A DNA stretch of 64,000 nucleotides from Polyangiales bacterium (lineage in GTDB: Bacteria; Myxococcota_A; Polyangia; Polyangiales; Polyangiaceae), in NCBI GenBank assembly GCA_038231275.1, contig JBBRLQ010000018.1, positions 64,001 to 128,000 of the forward strand. The letters are read 5' to 3'. This document shows, piece by piece, positions 18,460 through 31,300 of this stretch (positions are counted from its first letter, which is position 1; the number at the start of each line of letters is the position of its first letter). A model generated the notes under the pieces. It saw only the letters and a list, made by a program, of their open reading frames with translations, had not been told where the DNA came from and did not search any database. A program made the position numbers and the translations under genes.

Positions 18460-19578
18460 TCACGCGGCGCTGCCGGGCGCGAGCGCCTCTGCCCAGCCCT
18501 CAGCCCACCCGACGACGCGATCGGCCGTCCAGCGCGGGACCAGCAGGCGCGCGCGGCGTCCCATCGCGCCGACGCCGCGACGGCGGACCTCGAGGAGCGC
18601 CGCGGCGATGTCGGCAGGGCGCGACGCGATCCCCGCGCCGCCGTCGACGACGAACGCCTCGTTGAGCGTCTCGTTGCCGGGCACGGCGCCGACGACGATC
18701 ATCGGGCGCCCGGCGGCGAGCGTCTCGGACACGGTCAGCCCGCCCGATTTTCCGACGACGACGTGCGCCTCGGCGACGCGCGCCGGCATGTCGCGCTCGA
18801 AGCCGAGGACGCGCGCGCGCACACCGGCCTCCGCGGCGTCGCGCTCCACTTTGGCCGCGAGATCCTTCGCAGCGCCGCATACGACGGTCAGCTCGACACC
18901 GGGCACGCCTGCGAGGGCGCGGACGATCTGGCGCATGGGGCCAACGCCGAAGCCGCCGCTCGTGACCAGCACCCGCATCGGCTCGCCGGCCGCCGGCGCC
19001 TTCACGTCGGGGATCGCGTGGAACTCGCGCCGCACGGGAATTCCGGTCACTTCGATCCGCCGCGCTTCGATGCCGTGCGCCTCGAGCTCTCGCTTCGCGA
19101 GCGCGCACGGGACGGCGAACCCGTCGACGCCGCGCTCGGCCCACACCGCGTGGCTCGTGTAGTCGGTGACCACCCCGATGAGCGGCGCATCCAGGCGTCC
19201 TTGCCGCCGCGCGCGACCCAGGACGACGAGCGGCAGGTGGTGCGTGGCCACCACCGCCCGCGGGCGGAGCGACAGGACGCGCGCGACGAGGGGCGCCAAC
19301 GCGATATGATCGACCCCGCGGCGCAGCGGTTCGAGGGCCCCACCGGTTCGATTCGCCGCGAAGTACAGCGGCCCGTAGAGCTGCGGAAGCGCGCCTTGTC
19401 CGGTGAGGTGCGCCTGCACGTACGTGCGACCGAACAGCGCGGGCGCGTAGTCGAACGCGTCGAGCACGGTGACGCCGAGACCGCGCGCGCGCGCCGCCTC
19501 GCAGACTGCGAGCGCCGCGGCCTTGTGACCGCCGCCGACGGGGCTGTGGATGACGACCAGATCGCTCGTTTGGGCCAT
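18460..19578 (-). CDS. MGDG synthase/UgtP-like glycosyltransferase
   Basis: GGGHKAAA, VVATH, VVTDY..H..W, TGIPV, KSGGLTVSE, PGNE..N. Confidence 0.88.
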   Translation of the reverse strand: MAQTSDLVVIHSPVGGGHKAAALAVCEAARARGLGVTVLDAFDYAPALFGRTYVQAHLTGQGALPQLYGPLYFAANRTGGALEPLRRGVDHIALAPLVARVLSLRPRAVVATHHLPLVVLGRARRQGRLDAPLIGVVTDYTSHAVWAERGVDGFAVPCALAKRELEAHGIEARRIEVTGIPVRREFHAIPDVKAPAAGEPMRVLVTSGGFGVGPMRQIVRALAGVPGVELTVVCGAAKDLAAKVERDAAEAGVRARVLGFERDMPARVAEAHVVVGKSGGLTVSETLAAGRPMIVVGAVPGNETLNEAFVVDGGAGIASRPADIAAALLEVRRRGVGAMGRRARLLVPRWTADRVVGWAEGWAEALAPGSAA

Positions 19579-19745
19579 GCCTTCCCAAAAGCAAGGCGCG
19601 CGCCGACCGCCAAGTACTCGAATTTACATATCGTCAGATGGTAAACTGGTTCAACCACTCAACGAGAGGTGTGTACCGTTCGCGCCACGTGCGTACGGCA
19701 GTGCCCGCCGGCCCCTCTTCACGGGCGGGCGTCAGGGGTCGCTCC

Positions 19746-21124
<1,379 letters not shown>

Positions 21125-21128
<4 letters not shown>

Positions 21129-22510
21129 GCCGCTTGCTCCGTCGAGGCAGCGGCGGCGGCGGGCAGGGTCAGCTCGAAACGTGTCGCATCGCCGTGGCGC
21201 GCGTAGGTCACCTCGCCGTCGTGCGCCCGCGCGACGGCGCGCGAGATCGCCAGACCGAGGCCGGTGCCCTCGGCCTTCGTCGTGAAGAACGGCTCGAAGA
21301 GCTCCGAGGCGCGATCGCCGGGCACGCCGGCGCCGTGATCCGTCACTGCGACCACCGCCGAGTCTCCACGTCGCGCCACCGCGACCTCGACGGTGGCGCC
21401 GTAGGGCGACGCCTCGATCGCGTTGCGGAGGAGGTTGTCGATGGCGCGCGCGATCGAGTCGCAATCGGTGGACGCGCGCGCGTCGCCGGTCACCGTCACG
21501 GTCACGCCGCGCTCCTGCGACCACGCGGCGAGCCCGTCGGCGCGGCTCCGCACGAGCGCGCCCAGCGACGCCGGGGCCTTGGGACCGATGGCGCGCCCCG
21601 CGACGACGAGGAGATCGGCCACGAGCCTGTCGAGACGCGAGATCTCCGACGACGCGTGCGTGATCGCCTTGCCGACGACGTCCGGCTGGGCGCCCTTGGC
21701 GGCGGCGAGATCGAGGCGAAGCTTGATCGACGCCAGCGGATTTCGGACCTCGTGCGCGACGCCGGCGACGACGCGGCCGAGCGCGGCGAGGCGCTCCTGC
21801 CGTGCGAGCTCGCGACCGAGGCGCTCCTCTTCGTTCTTTGCGCGCGCGAGGCTCTGCGCGAGGACGGCGATTCCATCGGCTACGTCGCTCAGCTCTCGCA
21901 CGGTAGGCCGCGGGATCGTCGCGTTCAGATCGCTAGCGAGTGCGACCATCGACGCTTGCAGCTCCGCGGCGCCGCGGTTGACCGTCACGACCGCGCGCAC
22001 CGCGCTCGCGACGAGCAGGGTGGTCGCGATCGCGAGGAGGACGACGATCCACTGCCAGCGGCGGAGCGACGGCAGCGGGCGCACGAAAAATCCCGCCCAA
22101 ACGCAGGCGCCGCGCGCTCCCTTCGGATCGGGCTCGGCGGCGACGACGAGCGTTGCCTCTCCGACGGGAACCTCTTCGACGGTTCGGGCCCCGCGCTCGA
22201 TCGCGTGGGCCAGGACGCCACGAAGCGGCGCCGCCCAGGGATCGGGGAGCGCATCTGGAGTGACGCCCGCGCCGTCCCATCTCCCGCCCCGCATCCCCAC
22301 GTAGCCGACACTGTTGGGCTCGGTGATGTCGGCGGGGCGTCGCGCCAAGCGATCCATCTCTTCGACGACGCCGTCTCGGGCGCGTTCGATACGCTGCGCA
22401 GTGCTCGTGGTCAGGAGATGCACGAGCGCCACGAGAGACAAGACGCTCGTGAGGACGCCGAGGACGACGACCGTGAGGAGGCGATGTCGAATCAGGTGCG
22501 TCTTGACCAC
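21125..22510 (-). CDS. Sensor histidine kinase
   Basis: Two TM segments, AHEVRNPL H-box, NLLRNA, D.GAG, FEPFFTTK and GTGLGL. Confidence 0.93.
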
Positions 22511-22688
22511 GTCAGCGACCTTAGCAAGGGCGGTTCCCGACCGCGACCTTGCCCGCCGCAGCTGCAAGTGCGCGACCTGCGCACCGGAGGTTGATCTCGA
22601 CCGTTCCGAATCGTTACACCTGTTCTCGCGGCGTACACGTTCGGGTGCGCCGCCGCCGCGCTGACGCTGCGTTCGGGCAAGGCTTGCG

Positions 22689-22703
22689 TGGCGCGCTTGT
22701 TGC
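22689..22703 (+). promoter_or_regulatory. Sigma-54 (-24/-12) promoter of the efflux operon
   Basis: TGGCGCGCTTGTTGC = GG-N10-GC; lies next to a divergent NtrC-type regulator. Confidence 0.75.
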
Positions 22704-22720
22704 CCCAGCGGGCCCGTCCA

Positions 22721-24022
22721 ATGGTGCTTTTTCTGCCCCTCGTCCTTCCGGTGCTCCTGCAAGCCGCGCCTCCGCCTGCGCCAACGGCCGCTCCGTCGTC
22801 GTCGTCCGAGTCACGCGTGCTCGGTCTCGACGAGGCCGTCCAGGTCGCGCTCAAACACCAACCCACCATCCTCCAGGCGCAGGCGACGACCCGCGCGGCG
22901 TCGGGTAGGGCCGATCAGGCGCGCTCCGGGCTCCTTCCTCAGGTATCCGGCGCGGCATCGTACAACCGCGCGCACGGACCGATCGTCGGCGCCGCGGGGT
23001 CGCAGAGCGCAGGGACCTACGATCTCTTCAACTTCAGCGCGAGCGCCACGCAGCTCATCTGGGATTTCGGCCAGACCTACGAGCGCACGCGCGCCGCCGA
23101 AAGGTCCACCGACGCCTTCCGCGTCTCCGAGCGCACGACGGAGCTCACCGTTGTCCTCAACGTGCGCCGCGCGTACTTCCAAGCGCGCGCGCAGAAGCAG
23201 CTGATTCGCGTCGCTGAAGACACGCTCGCCAACCTCGAGCGGCACTTGAAGCAGATCCAGGGCTTCGTGACCGTCGGCACGCGCCCCGAGATCGATCTCG
23301 CCCAGGCCAAGAGCGATTTGGCGACCGAGCGCGTGGTCCTCATCAACGCGCAGAACGGCTACCGCATCGGCAAGGCGCAGCTCGCGGTCGCGATGGGGAC
23401 GCCTGGCGGCGACTTCGAGGTGTCGAACGACGAGCTCGGTGCGATCGACGTCGAGGAGCAGCCGGTCGACCAGCTCACCAAGACGGCGCTGGCGGCGAGG
23501 CCCGAGCTCGCGAGCCTCACGCGCCAGAGCGAGTCGCAGGCGCTGACCGTCAAAGGGCTCAAGGGTGCCTACGGGCCGACGCTCTCTGCGGCAGCAGGCG
23601 CGGGCGAGTCGGGCACAGCGCTCGACGCGCTCGCAGGCCGCTGGAACGTCGGCGCGACGGTGGCGTGGCCGATTTTCCAGGGCGGCCTCACCAGGGGGCA
23701 GGTCCGCGAGGCCGAAGCCAACCTCGACGTCACCCGCGCGCAGCTCGATTTGCAGAAGCTTCAAGTGCGCCTCGACGTCGAGCAGGCCGCGCTCAACGTG
23801 CGCGCTGCGAAGAGCGAGATCTTGGCGACGAACGAGGCCCTCGTGAACACGAAGGAGCGCCTTCGCCTCGCCGAGGGTCGCTACGAAGCGGGCGTCGGTG
23901 CCATCATCGAGCTCGGCGACGCGCAGGTCGCCGCCTCCGCCGCCGCCGCGCAGGTGGTCCAGGCCGAGTTCGACCTCTCCGTGGCGCGCGCACAACTCCT
24001 CACCGCGATGGGAAGACGATGA
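22721..24022 (+). CDS. TolC-family outer membrane efflux protein
   Basis: Signal peptide; LDEAVQVAL, LPQVS, IWDFG, PIFQGG and RYEAGVG OEP repeats. Confidence 0.93.
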   Translation: MVLFLPLVLPVLLQAAPPPAPTAAPSSSSESRVLGLDEAVQVALKHQPTILQAQATTRAASGRADQARSGLLPQVSGAASYNRAHGPIVGAAGSQSAGTYDLFNFSASATQLIWDFGQTYERTRAAERSTDAFRVSERTTELTVVLNVRRAYFQARAQKQLIRVAEDTLANLERHLKQIQGFVTVGTRPEIDLAQAKSDLATERVVLINAQNGYRIGKAQLAVAMGTPGGDFEVSNDELGAIDVEEQPVDQLTKTALAARPELASLTRQSESQALTVKGLKGAYGPTLSAAAGAGESGTALDALAGRWNVGATVAWPIFQGGLTRGQVREAEANLDVTRAQLDLQKLQVRLDVEQAALNVRAAKSEILATNEALVNTKERLRLAEGRYEAGVGAIIELGDAQVAASAAAAQVVQAEFDLSVARAQLLTAMGRR

Positions 24023-25230
24023 CGATCGAAGCGCTCGACCCGCCCCAGGACCCGCACCCGCAGCCGCAGCCGGTCCGTCGCAGCAGCGCGGCGCGGTGGA
24101 TCTTCGTCGTGCTCGCGATCGCCATCCTCGGCGGAATCGGCTGGTTTTTCCGCGGTCGCGTGATGAAGCCCGCCGCTGTCGGCCCGGTCACCGCCGGCAG
24201 CGCCGACCGCGTCGTGCCGGTGCAGACCGCCGCCGTCGCCGTCCGTGACGTCCCCATCTACCTCGAGGGCCTAGGTAACGTGATGCCGATCGCGTCGGTG
24301 CAGGTGAGGCCGCAGGTCGATGGTCGTCTCGACACCGTGGCGTTCAAAGAAGGGCAGAAGGTCAAACGCGGAGACTTGCTCGCGCAGGTCGATCCGCGGC
24401 CCTTCGTCATCCAGCTCCACAACGCCGAGGCCTCCCTGGCCAAGGACTCCGCGCAGCTCCGCAATGGGCAGCTGAACCTCGAGCGCTACAAGACGCTCCG
24501 CCAGCAGAGCCTCATCCCCCAGCAGCAGGTCGATGATCAGCAGACGCTCGCCGATCAGTACGTGGGCGCCGTCCGCGCCGACGAGGCGGCGGTCGAGGCC
24601 GCGAAGCTGAACCTCGACTACGCGCGCATCGTCTCGCCCATCGACGGCGTCGTCGGTGTTCGCCAGGTCGATCCCGGCAACTTGGTGCGCGCGTCGGATC
24701 CGACCGGCATCGTCGTCGTCACGCAGCTCGATCCGATCGCGGTCCTCTTCACGCTGCCCCAGGACGATCTCGGCGCCATCTCCACCGAGATGGCGAAGGG
24801 CACGCTCGTCGTCGACGCGCTCAGCCGCGAGGGGGACAAGAAGCTCGCGAGCGGCAAGCTCACCGTCATCGACAACCAGATCAACACGACCACCGCGACG
24901 ATCCGCCTCAAGGCGACCTTCGACAACCCCGATCGCGTCCTGTGGCCGAACGCGTTCGTGAAGGCGCGCATCACGTTGAGCACGCGCAAGGGCGCGACGG
25001 TGATCCCCGCCTCCGCCGTGCAGCGCGGCCCGCAAGGGACCTTCGCGTACGTCGCCGCCGCGGACAAGACGGCGCAGATGCGGCCGATCGAGATCGACGC
25101 GACCGTCGGCGAGGTCTCGATCGTCGCCAAGGGCCTCCAGCCCGGCGAGCAGGTCGTCATCGACGGCCAGAACCAGCTGCGTCCCGGCGCCAAGATCTCG
25201 CCGACGGCGCCGGCCAGGAGCGCTCCTTGA
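24019..25230 (+). CDS. mdtA: RND efflux membrane fusion protein (MdtA-like)
   Basis: VRPQVDGRL, FKEGQKVKRGDLLAQVDPRPF, SPIDG and LWPNAFV; ATGA overlap. Confidence 0.88.
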   Translation: MTIEALDPPQDPHPQPQPVRRSSAARWIFVVLAIAILGGIGWFFRGRVMKPAAVGPVTAGSADRVVPVQTAAVAVRDVPIYLEGLGNVMPIASVQVRPQVDGRLDTVAFKEGQKVKRGDLLAQVDPRPFVIQLHNAEASLAKDSAQLRNGQLNLERYKTLRQQSLIPQQQVDDQQTLADQYVGAVRADEAAVEAAKLNLDYARIVSPIDGVVGVRQVDPGNLVRASDPTGIVVVTQLDPIAVLFTLPQDDLGAISTEMAKGTLVVDALSREGDKKLASGKLTVIDNQINTTTATIRLKATFDNPDRVLWPNAFVKARITLSTRKGATVIPASAVQRGPQGTFAYVAAADKTAQMRPIEIDATVGEVSIVAKGLQPGEQVVIDGQNQLRPGAKISPTAPARSAP

Positions 25231-28200
25231 GCATCTCGGAGCCGTTCATCCGGAGGCCGGTCGCCACGACCCTCCTCATGTTCGGCGTTCTGCTCGCCGG
25301 GATCGTCGGCTTCCGTCAGCTGCCCGTCTCTGCGCTCCCGCAGGTCGATTACCCCACGATTCAGGTCGCGACGTACCTTCCGGGCGCGAGCGCCGAGACG
25401 ATGGTGAGCGCCGTCACGACGCCGCTCGAGCGCCAGTTCGGACAGATGCCCGCGCTCGCGCAGATGACCAGCGTGTCCTCGTTCGGCAGCTCGCAGATCA
25501 CGCTTCAGTTCACGCTCCAGCGCAACATCGACGCCGCCGAGCAAGACGTGCAGGCCGCCATCAACGCCGCGTCGAGCCTGCTGCCGCGCACGCTCCCGGT
25601 GCCGCCCGTCTACAGCAAGGCCAACCCCGCCGACACGCCAATCCTCACGATGAGCGTGAGCTCCGACACGCTCCCGCTCAACGAGGTCGACGACGTCGCC
25701 GACTCCATCCTCGCGCAAAAGATCTCGCAGGTGTCGGGCGTCGGCCTCGTCACGATCAACGGCGGGCAGAAGCCGGCGGTGCGCGTGCAGGTCGATCCGC
25801 AGGCGCTCGCGGGGAGCGGCCTCAGCCTCGAGGAGGTGCGGCTCGCGCTCGTCGCGGCGAACGTGAACCAGCCGAAGGGGACCATCGACGGTCCGCGCCA
25901 GTCCTTCACGATCGCCACCAACGATCAGCTCTTCAAGGCCGCCGCGTTCAAGCCGCTCGTCCTCGCCTACAAGAACGGCGCGCCGGTGCGCCTGGTCGAC
26001 GTCGCGAACGTCTCCGACGGCGTGGAGAATTCGCAGCTCGCGGGGTGGTCCAACGAGAAGCGCGCGATCATCATGAACGTGCAGCGCCAGCCGGGCGCGA
26101 ACGTCATCGAGGTCGCCGACCGCATCAAGGCGCTCCTCCCGCAGCTCCAAGCGTCGCTCCCACCGGGCATCGAGGTGAAGATCGTCAGCGATCGCACCGA
26201 GACCGTGCGCGCGTCGGTGGAGGACGTCGAGAAGACGCTGGCGCTGACGATCGCGCTCGTCGTCGGCGTCATCTACATCTTCTTGCGGAACATCCGCGCC
26301 ACGGTGATTCCAGGCGTCGCCGTGCCGCTGTCGCTCGTCGGCACGTTCGGCATCATGTACTTGCTCGGATACAGCCTGAATAACCTGTCGTTGATGGCGC
26401 TCACCATCTCGACAGGCTTCGTCGTCGACGACGCGATCGTCATGATCGAGAACATCGCGCGCTACATCGAGCACGGCGATCCGCCCTTCGTCGCGGCGCT
26501 CAAGGGGGCCAAGCAGATCGGCTTCACGATCGTGTCGCTCACGGTGTCGCTCGTGGCGGTGCTCATCCCGCTGCTCTTCATGGGCGGAATCATCGGGCGC
26601 CTGTTCCGCGAGTTCGCCGTCACGCTCGCCGTCGCGATCGCGGTCTCCGCCGTTCTCTCGCTCACCCTCACCGCGATGATGTGCGCGCACATGCTCAAGC
26701 CCGAGCCGCCGCCCTCCGAGCGTGGATGGTTCTACCGAACGAGCGAGCGCGGCTTCGACGCCGTCCTGGCCCTCTACGATCGCGGCCTAAAGGTCGTGCT
26801 GCGCCATCAACTCACGACGCTCCTCGTCACCCTCGGAACCGTCGCCTTCACGGTCTACCTCGCGTGGGTCGTGCCGAAGGGCTTCTTCCCGCAGCAGGAC
26901 ACTGGCCTCATCCTCGGCGTGTCGGAGGCGCCGGCCGAAGTGTCGTTCCCGCGCATGCTCGGACTCCAGCGCGCGCTCGCCGACGTGATCATGAAGGATC
27001 CCGACGTCGAGAACGTCGCGTCGTTCATCGGCTCCGACGGCACCAACCCGACGACGAACAGCGGCCGCCTCTCGATCACCCTAAAGCCGCGCGATCAGAG
27101 GAGCGCCAGCGCCGACGAGGTGATCCAGCGCTTGAAGCCCCACCTCGCCGCCGTCGAAGGGGTCGAGGCGTACCTGCAATCCGTGCAAGATCTCCAGATC
27201 GATACGCGTGTAGGACGCACACAATTTCAGTACACGCTGGAAGACGCCGACGCGAAGGAGCTCGCGACATGGGCGCCGCAGATGCTCGCGAAGCTGCGCA
27301 CGCTCCCCTCCTTACGCGACGTCGCCAGCGATCAACAGACGACCGGCCTCCAGATGTCGGTCACGATCGATCGCGACACGGCGTCGCGCCTCGGCATCTC
27401 GCCGCAGCTGATCGACGACACGCTCTACGACGCGTTTGGACAGCGCCAGATCTCGACGATCTTCACGCAGCTGAATCTCTACCGCGTCGTCCTCGAGGTG
27501 AAGCCGGAGTTCCAGGATCGCCCCGAGGCGCTGCAGCAGATCTACGTGCGCGCGCAGTCGGGGGAGCAAGTGCCCCTGAGCGCCTTCGTGAAGCTGTCGC
27601 ATACCAGCGCGCCGCTCGCGATCAGCCATCAGGGGCAATTCCCGGCGATCACGCTTTCGTTCAACGTGGCCGACGGCGTGGCGCTCGGGCAGGCGGTCGA
27701 AGCCATCCACGCGGCGGAGGCCGATCTCGGTCTCCCGCCCGGCGTGCACGCGAGCTTTCAGGGCACCGCGCAAGCGTTCAAAGAGTCCCTCGCGAGCGAG
27801 CCGATCCTCATCCTGGCCGCGCTCATCACCGTCTACATCGTCCTCGGCATCCTCTACGAGAGCTACATCCACCCCGTCACGATCCTCTCGACGCTCCCGT
27901 CGGCCGGCGTAGGGGCGCTGCTCGCGCTGATGATCTGTCGCGTGGAGTTCAGCGTCATCGCGCTCATAGGGATCATCCTGCTCATCGGCATCGTGAAGAA
28001 GAACGCGATCATGATGATCGACTTCGCGCTCGAGGCGGAGCGCGACCACGGCCTGACGCCGGAGCAGTCCATCTACCAGGCGTGCCTGCTTCGCTTCCGG
28101 CCCATCATGATGACGACGGCCGCGGCGCTCCTCGGCGGCATCCCCCTCGCGCTCGGCACCGGCACCGGCTCGGAGCTTCGTCAGCCGCTCGGCATCACGA

Positions 28201-28361
28201 TCGTCGGCGGGCTCATCATCTCGCAGATCCTGACGCTCTACACGACGCCGGTGATCTACCTCTACATGTCGCGCGTGTCGGCGTTCTTCTCGAAGGGGCG
28301 GACCGCGCCGCTCGAGCACGTGGAGCAGCCGGCCGCGGAGCCGATGGGGACGGGCGAGTGA
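25227..28361 (+). CDS. mdtB: RND efflux transporter (MdtB-like)
   Basis: FIRRPVATTLLM, LPVSALPQVDYPTI, GFVVDDAIV, GIVKKNAI, RFRPIMMTT; TTG start overlaps the upstream stop. Confidence 0.9.
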   Translation: MSISEPFIRRPVATTLLMFGVLLAGIVGFRQLPVSALPQVDYPTIQVATYLPGASAETMVSAVTTPLERQFGQMPALAQMTSVSSFGSSQITLQFTLQRNIDAAEQDVQAAINAASSLLPRTLPVPPVYSKANPADTPILTMSVSSDTLPLNEVDDVADSILAQKISQVSGVGLVTINGGQKPAVRVQVDPQALAGSGLSLEEVRLALVAANVNQPKGTIDGPRQSFTIATNDQLFKAAAFKPLVLAYKNGAPVRLVDVANVSDGVENSQLAGWSNEKRAIIMNVQRQPGANVIEVADRIKALLPQLQASLPPGIEVKIVSDRTETVRASVEDVEKTLALTIALVVGVIYIFLRNIRATVIPGVAVPLSLVGTFGIMYLLGYSLNNLSLMALTISTGFVVDDAIVMIENIARYIEHGDPPFVAALKGAKQIGFTIVSLTVSLVAVLIPLLFMGGIIGRLFREFAVTLAVAIAVSAVLSLTLTAMMCAHMLKPEPPPSERGWFYRTSERGFDAVLALYDRGLKVVLRHQLTTLLVTLGTVAFTVYLAWVVPKGFFPQQDTGLILGVSEAPAEVSFPRMLGLQRALADVIMKDPDVENVASFIGSDGTNPTTNSGRLSITLKPRDQRSASADEVIQRLKPHLAAVEGVEAYLQSVQDLQIDTRVGRTQFQYTLEDADAKELATWAPQMLAKLRTLPSLRDVASDQQTTGLQMSVTIDRDTASRLGISPQLIDDTLYDAFGQRQISTIFTQLNLYRVVLEVKPEFQDRPEALQQIYVRAQSGEQVPLSAFVKLSHTSAPLAISHQGQFPAITLSFNVADGVALGQAVEAIHAAEADLGLPPGVHASFQGTAQAFKESLASEPILILAALITVYIVLGILYESYIHPVTILSTLPSAGVGALLALMICRVEFSVIALIGIILLIGIVKKNAIMMIDFALEAERDHGLTPEQSIYQACLLRFRPIMMTTAAALLGGIPLALGTGTGSELRQPLGITIVGGLIISQILTLYTTPVIYLYMSRVSAFFSKGRTAPLEHVEQPAAEPMGTGE

Positions 28362-31300
28362 GCATCTCGTCGCCGTTCATAAAGCGTCCGATCGCGACGA
28401 CGCTGCTCGCGATGGCGATCCTCATCGCGGGCATCGCCGCGTACACGCAGCTGCCGGTGTCGCCGCTGCCCGCCGTGGCTTTCCCGACGATTTCGGTGAG
28501 CGCGGCGCTGCCGGGGGCGAGCCCGGAGACGATGGCGTCGTCCGTGGCGACGCCGCTCGAGCGGAGGTTCGGGCGCATCGCCGGCATCACCGAGATCACT
28601 TCGACGAGCTCGCTCGGCAACACGCAGCTGACGCTCCAGTTCGATCTGGGGCGCGATACGGACTCGGCGGGGCGCGACGTGCAAGCGGCGATCGCGGCGG
28701 CGGGAGGCGAGCTGCCGCCCAACATGCCGTTCCGCCCGACGTACCGAAAGGTGAACCCCTCCGACACGCCCATCCTCATCCTCGCGCTCACGAGCGACAC
28801 GATCCCGCTCGCGCAGGTGTACGACGCGGCGAACACGGTGCTGGCGCAGAAGATCGCGCAGGTGCCGGGGGTCGGTCAGGTGTTCATCGGCGGAGGGCAG
28901 CAGCCGGCGGTGCGCGTGCAGGCCGATCCGGTGGCGCTCGCTGGCATCGGGCTGAGCCTCGAGGATCTGCGAGCGACGATCGCGTCGTCCACGATCGACG
29001 CGCCAAAGGGGAGCCTCGTCGGTGCGTCGCAAGCGCACTCCATCGGCGCGAACGATCAGCTCCTCGGGGCCGCGGCGTTCGAGAAGCTCCTCCTCCCGAC
29101 GGCGCCCGGCAAGGGCACCGTCCGCCTCGGCGACGTCGCCGACGTGTTCGACGACGTCGAGAACAACCGCGTCGCCGGCTGGATGAACGGCACGCGCTCC
29201 GTCACCGTCATCATCCGCCGCCAGCCCGACGCGAACATCCTGGAGACGAGCGACCGGATCCGCGCGCTGCTCCCCTCCTTGATGACGTCGATCTCGCCGG
29301 CCATCAAGGTCGAGGTGGCGCTGAACCGCACGCAGACCATCCGCGCGAGCGTCAAGGACGTCGAGGTCACCCTCGGGATCAGCGTCGGGCTCGTCATCGT
29401 CGTGGTGTTCACGTTCTTGCGCTCGGTCCGAAGCACCGCGATTCCGAGCGTGGCGGTGCCCCTGTCGCTCGTCGGCACGTTCGGCGTCATGTACTTGCTG
29501 CATTACAGCGTGGACAACCTGTCCTTGATGGCGCTGACCATCTCGACCGGCTTCGTCGTCGACGACGCCATCGTCGTGACCGAGAACATCTCGCGGCACA
29601 TTGAGCTCGGGATGTCGCCGCGCGATGCGGCGTTCAAGGGAGCAAGAGAGGTCGGGTTCACGATCGTGTCGATCACGTGCTCGCTTCTCGCCGTCTTCAT
29701 CCCGATCCTGATGATGGGCGGCGTCGTCGGTCGCCTCTTCCGTGAGTTTGCCGTGACGCTCAGCGTCGCCGTCGCGCTGTCGGCGGTCGTCTCGCTCACG
29801 CTGACGCCCATGATGTGCGCGCGAATGTTGCGCCACGACACCGGAGGGCACGGCCGCCTCTACAACGCGTCGGAGTGGGTGTTCCAAGGTCTCCTTGACG
29901 CATACGCGCGGAGCCTCGACTGGGTGCTGCGGCACCAGTTCATCATGCAGATCGCCACGCTCGCGACGGTCGCCGCGACGGTGTGGCTCTTCATCATCGT
30001 GCCGAAGGGGCTCTTCCCGCAGCAGGACAACGGGCTCCTCATAGGCTTCAGCGACGCGCCGCAGGACGTGTCGTTCGCGTCGATGAAGGCGCGGCAATCG
30101 GCGCTCAACGCGGCGCTCGACGGCGATCCCGACGTGGCGCACTACGTCTCGTTCATCGGCGCGGGCGGCTTCGGCGGCGCGGGAAACACCGGCACCGTGT
30201 TCATCGATCTCCGTCCCCGGCCGCCGCGCAAGGCGAGCGCCGACGAGGTCATCGCGCGCTTGCGACCCAAGCTCGCGAAGGTCCCCGGCATCACCCTCTA
30301 CATGCAAGCGGCGCAGGACGTCCGCGTCGGAGGTCGCTTCGCGCGCACGCAGTACCAGTACACGGTGCAGGACGCCGACCTCGACGAGCTGCGCCTGTGG
30401 GCGCCCAAGCTCTTCGAGCGTTTGAAGAAGGTGCCCGAGCTGAAGGACGTCGCGACCGACCAGCAGACTGCCGGCCTCCAGCTCAACGTCGACATCGATC
30501 GCGACTCCGCGTCGCGCCTCGGCATCAACCCGCAAATGATCGACGACACGTTGTACGACGCGTTCGGGCAACGTCAGGTGGCGACGACGTTCACGCAGGC
30601 CAACCAGTACCGCGTCGTTCTCGAGGTGCTGCCGCGCTACCAGCAGTCGCCCGCCGCGCTGGACAGCATCTTCGTGAAGGCGGCCAACGGCAGCCAGACC
30701 CCGCTCAGCGGTCTCACGAAGATCTCGCGCGGCTCGGTTCCGTTGTCGGTGAACCACCAGGGGCAATTCCCGTCGGTCACGCTGTCCTTCAACCTGGCGC
30801 TCGACAAATCGCTCAGCGACGCGCTCGCCGCGGTGCACAAGGCCGAGCGCGACATCGGACTTCCCGGCAGCGTGCACGCGTCGTTCTCAGGCACCGCGCA
30901 GGCGTTCCAGGATTCGCTCGCGAGTCAGCCGATGCTGATCATCACCGCGCTGCTCGCCGTCTACATGGTGCTCGGCATCCTCTATGAGAGCTACGTCCAC
31001 CCCATCACGATCCTCTCGACGCTCCCATCGGCCGGCCTCGGCGCGCTCTTGGCGCTGCTGCTCTTCAAGGTGGAGCTGTCGATCATCGCGATCATCGGGA
31101 TGATCCTGCTCATCGGTATCGTGAAAAAGAACGCCATCATGATGGTCGACTTCGCGATCGAGGCGCGGCGTCACGGCGCGACGGCGGCGGAGGCCATTCG
31201 CGAGGCGTGCGTCCTGCGATTTCGTCCCATCATGATGACGACGGCGGCGGCGCTCCTCGGCGGCTTGCCGCTCGCGCTGGGGACGGGGATGGGCTCCGAG

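Noticed and set aside
26681..28357. Apparent 1600-aa RND protein
   Set aside because: The N-terminal part is an off-frame overlap with mdtB; the true start is GTG 28358.
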